A stretch of 29,377 nt of DNA, taken from IMG/VR virus record IMGVR_UViG_3300047275_000100, positions 1-29,377 of that record; one strand, 5' to 3'. The notes under the pieces were generated by a model. That model did not search any database. It had not been told where the DNA came from and saw nothing but the letters and a program-made list of their open reading frames with translations. Shown here piece after piece: positions 8,291 through 16,168 of this stretch (the stretch's first letter is position 1; each line of letters begins with the position of its first letter). The translations under genes were made by a program, and so were the position numbers. The stretch is from a virus (Duplodnaviria > Caudoviricetes).

Positions 8291-11200
8291 CTGCCTCGCG
8301 CTGAATCTGTTGGTATTTCCTCTCAGCCAGCATCCGGTTGCGCTGGATCTGCTGATAGGCGTCTGGGTGCATCTGCTGGAATACGGGCGAATCTATGGCC
8401 ATGTCTCGGAATTCGCCCATGACAGACGACAGCTTATTGGCCACGCCCTCATAGGCGCCATTGGCCATCTGCTGGTTGAAGACAGGGTCGCTCAGAACTG
8501 CGGCCACCGCGCCATAGAAGTTCTTGCCATCAATGGCCAGGTTGTTCATCAGCACCAGCATGTTGCTGTATTCGGTATCGTTGAGCCTGATATTGGCGAC
8601 GGTGCGCTCGGGCTTGTTGAGCGGGAACTTCTGCCTGGCCTTGGCAATGTCCAGCAGCCGCTGCTCCACAGCGTCCAGGTCGCGCTCCTTCTTGTTGAAG
8701 GGGATGATGAAGGACAGGGCGTCAGGCTCTCCGGTCTTGACCTCCTCGCCCCAGAGGTTGCGGCTGGGCGGGATGCTCTCAGACAGCAGCGGGGTCTTGG
8801 CCACCCAGCTGCGGAACAGGAAATCGAAGTAGCGCTTCTCAGGCGGCAGGCTGGCGTCCAGCGTCACCTCGCGCTTGGTCGGATCCAGCACGTTTTCGAT
8901 CTGCCTGATCAGGCCACCGGCAGGCATTGGGATTGGCACCACGCCCGTGGTCATGCTCTGGGCTATGCCGCCAAAGAACTTATTGGCTGCGGCGTTGGCA
9001 GCCTCTCCCTTGGGATCGCGCTTGAGCTGCTCAATCATGTCGGTCAGGTTGGCCATGCCCTGCATGAAGGGCAGCTCGCCAATGTACTTAAATGGAAGCA
9101 GGGCAGAGTAGAGCAGCAGGTCGTGCCACTCGTCGTCGTCTTCCTTGCCGTAGACCGCGCCAATCTCGGCCAGGGTGGCTGCCATGCCCAGCATGCCGCC
9201 GATCGGCTCGAGGCCGGCATAGCTGCGGTAGATGCCCCGGCCATCCTCTGTCTCGCCAACCTTGATGGAGTAGGGCATCCAGCCGGTGGTTTCCTGGAGG
9301 AACTTGCGCCGGTTGGGATCAGTGGGGCCGGCCCCGGTGATCGTGCCATCCAGAGCCAGGTAGTAGCCAAAGCCCATGAATGCAGCGCCTTGGCTCATCT
9401 TGCCCAGCGCCATCTGGCGGCGGGCGCCACCAGCTGCCATGTCTGCGCGGATCTCATCCAGCGCAAAGTTGAGCAGCGGGGTGCGAGCCACCATTTGTTT
9501 CTGGGCGTTGATGACTGTCTTGATAAAGGGCGCCAGCACGGTGCCGACAGGGCCAGCACCCATGGCGTCGAGCTTGTTCCGCATGGACTGCAGCGCCTGG
9601 CCGAAGGCGCCCAGGTCGCTCTGCAGGGTGCCGTCCAGCACACCCTGGTTGACGCGGTCGAGGATCCTGGCGTCGGGCGCCGAGATCTGCATGGCCATGC
9701 CGTCCAGAGCGGTATCCACATCCACGCCATTGCGTATGGCAGTCAACGCATCGCGGGCTGCTAGGCGCCTGGTTTCCATCTGTGCGATCATGGCCTTGCC
9801 CATCTCGTCCACGGCCATCATGGCCCGGAAGGGCAAGCGCACCGCCTTGCCCAGGAAGTCCACGGCATGGGCCATGGGCGTGTTGGGATCTGCAAACAGC
9901 TTGGCCGACAAGGCAGGGTCTGGGGTCTTCTCGACATCCCGGCCCACCTTGTAGATCGGGGCATCATCCACAAAGGACTTGAGGCCGGCGCTCAACCCCT
10001 TGGGCAGCGAATAGAAGAAGTTGGCGATCTCGACAATGGCCTCGGTGGTGGTCACCGAATCGGCGCTATTGCTGCCGAAGATCGGGGTGATCACCTTGTC
10101 GGTGGCCCGGCCCACGGTCGAGGCAAAGGCAGTGTCGAAGCCACGGGCCAGGGATAGCACCATGTTGCCAAACAGCGCCCGCTCGGTGGTGGCCGTCGAG
10201 TACATGAGGCTGGACAGGTACATCTCCTTCCAGATTTTGCCGAGCTGCTGGGTGGTGGTGCCGGCCATCTCGGTGAAACGGGCCTGCTGGTCGAGCGTAA
10301 GTTTCTGGTAAGCCGCTGCCAGGTTCTTCATGTTGGCGCGGCCACCCATCTCGTTGAGCAGCGCGGTGATCTGATTGGGATCTGACAGCCCGCTGGTGCC
10401 GTCCACCGGCAGCCTGAATGAACGCAGGGCACGGGCAGTCTCGGTCTGCGCTGCCTTGAGCCGCATCTGGATGGCAGCATGGGTGGCCAACTGGTTGCGG
10501 AACTGCAGCAGCAGGTTGTCATCCTCGGTGCCGGCAGGCATCGAGCGGATCTTGGTGGACAGCTCGTCCAGCGACTTGGCCGATCGCACCAGCAGGTGCC
10601 GGGCGGCCAGCAGCTTTTCGGCGTTCAGGGTGTCACCGGCCCGCATCTGCAACAGCTCGGGCGCAATGTTGAGCCTGGCGGCCATGTCCTTGAGGGCATC
10701 GTCGCTAACCACCCCGCGCTTGGCAGCGTCGGTCTGCGTGGCAAAAGCCCGGCTGGTGGCGTCAATGATCCGGTCGATGTCCTCGGGCGCCTGGATATAG
10801 TTGAAGTTAAAGTCCACGCCGACCGCGGGCGCATCCACCCCGGTCAGGAATTTGTCGGCGTCCTCCGGGGTCACGGCCCGAATCATCACGCCAGGCACCT
10901 CGGGGCCGACCGGCTCTGGCACGGCGCCGGCAACGCCAACAGGCTGGGGCACAGCTGCCTGATCGACAGCCTGGATCGCTGTGGCCATCTCCTGCTGGGT
11001 AGCAGGCGGCAGGGGCTGTGGTGCGGCTGGTGGCTGGGCAGGCTGGCGGCGGGGTGCTACAGCCTTTCTGACGGCCTGCACGGCGCCTGGTGTAGCTTCC
11101 CTCTCGGCTGCCACGGCAGCGCCTTGTACGGCTTCCTGCGCGGCCTTGGCGCCAGCCTGGTCGGTGACCTGGGGGGTCACCCTGGTGCCCTGCCTGATGA

Positions 11201-11375
11201 TTTTGGCGGGCGTCAGGATCAGCTTGTCTACTAGGCCGGCAACCGGCTCGTACTGCTCGACGGTCTGCTTGGGAAGGATCTCGCCCAGCGGGTCATCTGA
11301 TGGCTGCTCTGGCTGCTCCGGGGTGGCCGGTAGCATGGAGTTGAGGCGATCGTTCAGCGGGGGGATGGCCATCAC
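8280..11375 (-). CDS. Large putative internal virion (ejection) protein, T7 gp16 positional equivalent
   Basis: 1031-aa helical, Ala-rich protein immediately before the tail fibre. Motifs PFIKTVIN, GTITGAGP, GWMPYSIKVG, SYAGLEP and RNLWGE resemble podovirus internal proteins. Confidence 0.7.
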   Translation of the reverse strand: MMAIPPLNDRLNSMLPATPEQPEQPSDDPLGEILPKQTVEQYEPVAGLVDKLILTPAKIIRQGTRVTPQVTDQAGAKAAQEAVQGAAVAAEREATPGAVQAVRKAVAPRRQPAQPPAAPQPLPPATQQEMATAIQAVDQAAVPQPVGVAGAVPEPVGPEVPGVMIRAVTPEDADKFLTGVDAPAVGVDFNFNYIQAPEDIDRIIDATSRAFATQTDAAKRGVVSDDALKDMAARLNIAPELLQMRAGDTLNAEKLLAARHLLVRSAKSLDELSTKIRSMPAGTEDDNLLLQFRNQLATHAAIQMRLKAAQTETARALRSFRLPVDGTSGLSDPNQITALLNEMGGRANMKNLAAAYQKLTLDQQARFTEMAGTTTQQLGKIWKEMYLSSLMYSTATTERALFGNMVLSLARGFDTAFASTVGRATDKVITPIFGSNSADSVTTTEAIVEIANFFYSLPKGLSAGLKSFVDDAPIYKVGRDVEKTPDPALSAKLFADPNTPMAHAVDFLGKAVRLPFRAMMAVDEMGKAMIAQMETRRLAARDALTAIRNGVDVDTALDGMAMQISAPDARILDRVNQGVLDGTLQSDLGAFGQALQSMRNKLDAMGAGPVGTVLAPFIKTVINAQKQMVARTPLLNFALDEIRADMAAGGARRQMALGKMSQGAAFMGFGYYLALDGTITGAGPTDPNRRKFLQETTGWMPYSIKVGETEDGRGIYRSYAGLEPIGGMLGMAATLAEIGAVYGKEDDDEWHDLLLYSALLPFKYIGELPFMQGMANLTDMIEQLKRDPKGEAANAAANKFFGGIAQSMTTGVVPIPMPAGGLIRQIENVLDPTKREVTLDASLPPEKRYFDFLFRSWVAKTPLLSESIPPSRNLWGEEVKTGEPDALSFIIPFNKKERDLDAVEQRLLDIAKARQKFPLNKPERTVANIRLNDTEYSNMLVLMNNLAIDGKNFYGAVAAVLSDPVFNQQMANGAYEGVANKLSSVMGEFRDMAIDSPVFQQMHPDAYQQIQRNRMLAERKYQQIQREAVAE

Positions 11376-13732
11376 TCAGCTCCTTGTTGCAGAGCTGCAC
11401 CGCCCCGCGTTACGCCTGACTGTTTTCCTGCTCGGGTTTGTCTTCCGGTTCGCTTGGATCCATCGGCAGCACCACTTTGGACAGCTCGCGGAACAGCGCC
11501 AGCGGATCCTGGGGCTGGGAGGGGGGTGCCGATTGCGGAGGCAAAGTCGTCGATGAGTTCACGGTTTACTCCTGGCCAGGTGTACCAAGGTTTCCCGAAG
11601 TACTGGTTGGGCTTGCCATCTGGCAGTGTGTCCCTACTGAAGAATTTTACTCCAGGGAAGTCGTCAGGAATCACCCCGTTTTTCTTTTCCATGACATGGT
11701 CAAACATCTCGTCCAGGTCGTTCTTGGTCATGGCCACTTTGTCGCCATTGGCTGTCTCGTAGACAAACCTATTGCCGCCCTCTGGCATGCGCTCGTAGGT
11801 AACGCCGAAGCCCCGCTCATGCGTGCGGCCTTCCCTGACCGGCACGTTGGCGAATGGCATGGCCGCGCCCTCGGCCTTCCTGACGATTGTCTCGAGGGTG
11901 GGGTGGGCCACCTCTTGGCCAGACGACAGCACCCAGCTCTCCCAGTGGTAGCGCCCAATGCTGGCCTTGTCGGGTCTGCCGACCGACTTGTACAGCTCCT
12001 GGATGCGGGTGGCCAGAGAACGCTCGAGCGCCTCGTAAGTGGCCAAACCTGGGCCACCGTCAAACAGGTGCGCCACATCGTCGTAGATCTTGTCGCCGCC
12101 AGCAAACAGGCGATTGATCTGGATACGGTCAAGCACCATCACATCCTCGCGGCCAGACACCAGCAGGGCAAAGGACAGCACCTTGTTCTTGATGCCAACG
12201 CCCTCGGCCAGGCCATAGAACTCGCGCCTGATCTGCGGGCCGGTCATCTCTGGGTTGGCAAACATGTCATGCAGCGCCTGCAGCTTGGTGCGGCCATCTG
12301 GCAGCTTCTCGCTCATCTTGGGCAGGAAGACGCTCAAGAAATCGTTTGCGTTGCTAGTAACCATCTTTCCGGGGCTGCCGGCAGGGATGGTCTGGCTGAT
12401 CATCTGCAGGCCAGCGTCAACATCAGCTTGGGTGTACTCGCCACGCACAGCCTTCTGGATGAGCGGCTGCATGGCCTCGGCCATGTCAAGGAAGCCAGAC
12501 TCATGCGGGTAAGCAGACGCCCGGCGCGAGAGCATGGCCCAGAACATCAGGGTGCCGGTGGTGTCTGCGTTGGCTGTGCCGTTGCGGTAGATGTTGCGGA
12601 ACTTGTCCACCACCGCAAAGCCGCGATCAGCCTCGTCAATTTGGGCCTTGCTCATGGAGCCAAACCAGCTCGACCACTTGCCCATGTCATTGGCGTTGTT
12701 GATCAGCCAGCTCGGCGGGATCGGCACCTCATTTGAGTTGTAGACATTGGCCATCATGGTGGCGAATGTTTCGTCTGATTTCAGCGGATCAGGGAAGGCA
12801 ACAGCCAAGTCATCAAGCCTGGTCGAAACATCCTGATAGTTGCCTGGATTGACCGCATTGGTGATGTTCTGGCCTTTGCCGTCAGGCGTGTATGAGCCTG
12901 TAACCGATACACGATATTGCGGCTCCAGCTCCAGGCGCTTTTCTTGGGTCACATTGCGGTTGATTCTGGCTGCACCAGTGTTGACCTTGGCAGCCGATTC
13001 AGTGGTCACCTGGCCATAGCGCTCGAGCGGCACAGCGGGGATCAGCAGCCCCTGGCGCTGCAGCATTTGGCCGGCCATCTCGCCAGCCTTGGGGGCCAGC
13101 GCCTTGGCGCCAGCTACAGCCGCCTTAACTGTCTTAACCTGGCCACCAGGTGCGACAACCTCGCCCATGCTTTCGTAGGGCACATTGCCGCCACCTACTG
13201 TTCCGACATTCTGGTCAAGCCACTTCTTGACCTCATCTGTCTTGGGCAACACGGTGCCGCTCTGTACTCCACGCAGGAAAGCATCCAGCTTGCCCTCCCC
13301 AGCACCACGGCTGAATATTTCCTTGATGCCGTATACCAGCGACTCCAAATCACCAGGCAAGCCAATGAACCCTTGCACAAGTCCCTTGCCAGTTGCAGCC
13401 AGCATGTCGGCCATGCCTTGCGCCGGCTCAGTAATGTCGCGCATGCTGGGCGGTCTGAGCGGAACACCGCCGCGTCCAACGCGCACACCAGGCCCGGCAT
13501 CTGTTGCCGTATCAGACGGGCCAGCAGCCAGCATCATGGGTCGGCCTAGCGGCATCATCTCGCCATATGGCGTGCGGTAGTAGACGGCCTGGCCATCGTC
13601 TATGTCCTCAGTGAACACCTCATCATCGTCACCATCAGACGCACGCTCGAGCAGCCCTTGCCGCACACCAGGCGTGGTGATGAACTCATCGGCCATGTAG
13701 ATGTCATCAATGGTGGGCTGCTTTGTTCTCAT
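11372..13732 (-). CDS. Putative internal virion protein carrying an HhH-GPD (Ogg2/EndoIII-like) DNA glycosylase domain
   Basis: 786 aa within the ejection-protein block. Motifs LMFWAMLSRRASA, IRREFYGLAEGVGIKNKVLSFALLVSGREDVMVLDRIQINRLF, and YEALE...YHWESW. Confidence 0.68.
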   Translation of the reverse strand: MRTKQPTIDDIYMADEFITTPGVRQGLLERASDGDDDEVFTEDIDDGQAVYYRTPYGEMMPLGRPMMLAAGPSDTATDAGPGVRVGRGGVPLRPPSMRDITEPAQGMADMLAATGKGLVQGFIGLPGDLESLVYGIKEIFSRGAGEGKLDAFLRGVQSGTVLPKTDEVKKWLDQNVGTVGGGNVPYESMGEVVAPGGQVKTVKAAVAGAKALAPKAGEMAGQMLQRQGLLIPAVPLERYGQVTTESAAKVNTGAARINRNVTQEKRLELEPQYRVSVTGSYTPDGKGQNITNAVNPGNYQDVSTRLDDLAVAFPDPLKSDETFATMMANVYNSNEVPIPPSWLINNANDMGKWSSWFGSMSKAQIDEADRGFAVVDKFRNIYRNGTANADTTGTLMFWAMLSRRASAYPHESGFLDMAEAMQPLIQKAVRGEYTQADVDAGLQMISQTIPAGSPGKMVTSNANDFLSVFLPKMSEKLPDGRTKLQALHDMFANPEMTGPQIRREFYGLAEGVGIKNKVLSFALLVSGREDVMVLDRIQINRLFAGGDKIYDDVAHLFDGGPGLATYEALERSLATRIQELYKSVGRPDKASIGRYHWESWVLSSGQEVAHPTLETIVRKAEGAAMPFANVPVREGRTHERGFGVTYERMPEGGNRFVYETANGDKVAMTKNDLDEMFDHVMEKKNGVIPDDFPGVKFFSRDTLPDGKPNQYFGKPWYTWPGVNRELIDDFASAIGTPLPAPGSAGAVPRAVQSGAADGSKRTGRQTRAGKQSGVTRGGAALQQGAE

Positions 13733-13734
13733 TA

Positions 13735-15498
13735 CTACTCTCCAGCCGGTTTGACGATTTTGGACTTGTTGTTTCTGTAGTCATTGATTGCGGCGCGGGC
13801 CGAGTTGATTACCGTTGGGCTGACCTTGCGCTTGACCGCAGTTGCAATAGCCGCCTCTACCGCAGCATCATTCGACAGATCGACGTCACGCAGCTCTGGC
13901 ACAGACAGCACAGCCTGCGCCTGGTTTGACTCAGCGGCCTTGGTGAATGCCTTGGACATGCCTGCGCCTGCCCGCTTGGCAAGCGCCTCGCCATACATGC
14001 GGATGTCAGATGCAGACGGCAGGTCACCACGCGCATTGAGCGGTGTACGTGAATAGGTGTACAGCTCGGTCACCAGCGTATTGCGGGTGGCCGTGGCCAT
14101 CTGCCGTGCATCCGCATCCTTCAGCTCAGGTGGCAGGTTCTCGGCCTGGATGCCAACTGCCATGCCGATCATCCTGACGCCATAGCTGATGTCGTCATTC
14201 GGGTTGGAGAGCTGCTGAAGCAGCTGCCTCTTGGTGGTGCGAGTCAGCGGTGCATTGATGATGTCGCTGGCCTGAGCAGTGCCTAGTGCAACACGCTGGG
14301 AGAGGCGAGCAAAGGCAGCCAGGTCGTCATTGGCCGGGCCGGTGGCACTGTCCGACTGCATGAAATCCCTGGCCTTCTTGATGGTTTCAGACGACACAGG
14401 CAGGCTTGTGAGCTGATCCCACAGTTGCCTTTGGAGGCGGGCATCGTTGGTTGCGTACATGCGGGCCAGGATGTTCTCGCCTTGTTGGTTTGAATCTACA
14501 AACCCCAGCTCGATGGCGTTCTTCCTGGCCGTGGCCGCCTTCATAAAGTCTTCCTCGACCCGCATCAGCGAGGCAAAGTCGTTCTTTAGTAGGTACTCGA
14601 CATGAGGCCGCAGCTTACCTGCCTCACCGATCTCGCCCTTCCGCAGCTTGGCAATGGCCTCCCTGGGGTTGCGTAGGTTGTCCTCAGTCAGCAGCGCCTT
14701 GGTCAGCGCATTGACTCTGGCATCGGTGAGCGCCTTCAGCACCTTGGCGCTGTACTGGCTCTGGATCTCTGGGTTGTTGGATGCAATAGCCTCTCGACCA
14801 ATGTTGACTCTGAAAACGTCGGCATATGCGGCAAAGTTTTCAGGATCGGTCGAGGCTGCGTTTTCCAGCAGCATCACCTCGTTGTCAAAATTGAAGTCGA
14901 ACTTGATGCGCCGCTGATTTAGCGCACGCTTCAGCTCTGAGTCGAGGGCCGATTTCAGCACAGTGCTGCCATGCGTTGACATGGTGGCCCTGAACTTGTA
15001 GCTGGCCTCCGGGTCAATCTGCGACAGCGACTTGCCCATGCCGTCGATCATGGTGTTGATCTTGGCCTGTACCTGCTCTGAGGTGGCCTGGCCCAGCTCG
15101 ACCTGGTTGAGGATCTTGACCAGTTCGCTGCGGCCTTCTGCCTCAAACTGGCTAGACAGCTCCAGGCTGCGGGCCTTGCGTACGGCCTGCTGGAAGACGC
15201 TTACTGGATTGCTGCCCAGATCGAGCTTGGACAGGTCGCCGTTTTTAGCGGCCTCGATCTGCTCCACCGTCAGCGGGTTCTGTGCAGCAAACTGCAGACC
15301 CTCACGCTGCCTGGACACCATCGCCTCTTGGAACAGGTTGGCGCTCATGCGATCCAGCGCCTCGGCCAGCTGGCCAGCACCCTGGGCCTCGACACGCGCT
15401 GCGATGGGCTGCACCTCTTGAATGCCCACGCGCTGCATAGGCATATTGCCAGGGCCAGCAATATTCACTCGGCCAGATTCGATGCGTCCTGTGGCCAT
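13735..15498 (-). CDS. Putative internal virion protein (T7 gp15 positional equivalent)
   Basis: 587-aa helical protein after the gp14-like gene. The N-terminal GQLAEALDRMS segment fits this class. Confidence 0.65.
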   Translation of the reverse strand: MATGRIESGRVNIAGPGNMPMQRVGIQEVQPIAARVEAQGAGQLAEALDRMSANLFQEAMVSRQREGLQFAAQNPLTVEQIEAAKNGDLSKLDLGSNPVSVFQQAVRKARSLELSSQFEAEGRSELVKILNQVELGQATSEQVQAKINTMIDGMGKSLSQIDPEASYKFRATMSTHGSTVLKSALDSELKRALNQRRIKFDFNFDNEVMLLENAASTDPENFAAYADVFRVNIGREAIASNNPEIQSQYSAKVLKALTDARVNALTKALLTEDNLRNPREAIAKLRKGEIGEAGKLRPHVEYLLKNDFASLMRVEEDFMKAATARKNAIELGFVDSNQQGENILARMYATNDARLQRQLWDQLTSLPVSSETIKKARDFMQSDSATGPANDDLAAFARLSQRVALGTAQASDIINAPLTRTTKRQLLQQLSNPNDDISYGVRMIGMAVGIQAENLPPELKDADARQMATATRNTLVTELYTYSRTPLNARGDLPSASDIRMYGEALAKRAGAGMSKAFTKAAESNQAQAVLSVPELRDVDLSNDAAVEAAIATAVKRKVSPTVINSARAAINDYRNNKSKIVKPAGE

Positions 15499-16166
15499 TA
15501 TGGTTGCCCCCTATCCATGCGAGCAAAGTCGCCCGTCGTCTTGGCTGGCGCTGGTGTTGTCGCCCCTGAGAATGGGTCTGCTTTAATAAAGTTGGTTACA
15601 CCACGCGCCAGTGTGTAGTTGGCCAGCATGCCTCCGGTGCTACGGGCAGCGGTAGCCGCGCCCTCGTACTGGCCAGCCTGGCGCTTGGCTTGGAACAGGT
15701 TGAGCGTGTTCTGCAGCTCAGTCGATTGCAGCAGCGCAGACGCATCCTCAAAGCCCAATACTCGGGCCGTCATAGCATTGAGATCAGCAATATCCACATC
15801 GCGCATGGTGGCCGCTACGTTTTCAAGCTGTACGTCCTGAATCGAACCAGTGCCAAGTGCCACGCCGCCAGCAGCAGCCCTGGCCCGCAGCGCAGCGTTG
15901 GTCTGCCTCATGTTCCGCAGCAGGGTGTTGCCGGCAATCTGCCAGTTGCGGGCCTCAGTCTCGGCCTTCTGCAGTATCCGACCGGCCTGCACCTCGGAAT
16001 AGGTCTGGTCGAGATCTGCACGCACCTGGGCGATGGCCAGGGTATCTCTGGCCTGCACCAGATATGAGGTCTGCTGCTGGATTGCTTGCGCCCTCTGAAA
16101 ACCAGCGGAGGCATAGCTTTCCAGCAGGCCACCAAACGCTTGAGCTTGTCCAAGTGTGATTGCCAT
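15498..16166 (-). CDS. Putative internal virion protein (T7 gp14-like)
   Basis: 222-aa Ala/Gln-rich protein with RARAAAGGVALGTGS motif, directly after the nozzle gene. Confidence 0.7.
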   Translation of the reverse strand: MAITLGQAQAFGGLLESYASAGFQRAQAIQQQTSYLVQARDTLAIAQVRADLDQTYSEVQAGRILQKAETEARNWQIAGNTLLRNMRQTNAALRARAAAGGVALGTGSIQDVQLENVAATMRDVDIADLNAMTARVLGFEDASALLQSTELQNTLNLFQAKRQAGQYEGAATAARSTGGMLANYTLARGVTNFIKADPFSGATTPAPAKTTGDFARMDRGQP

Positions 16167-16168
16167 GA

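Noticed and set aside
8310-12736. Long + strand ORFs (8310..9764, 11438..12736 and similar, also 22116..22970)
   Set aside because: They are antisense shadows of GC-rich minus-strand genes, with no recognisable motifs.
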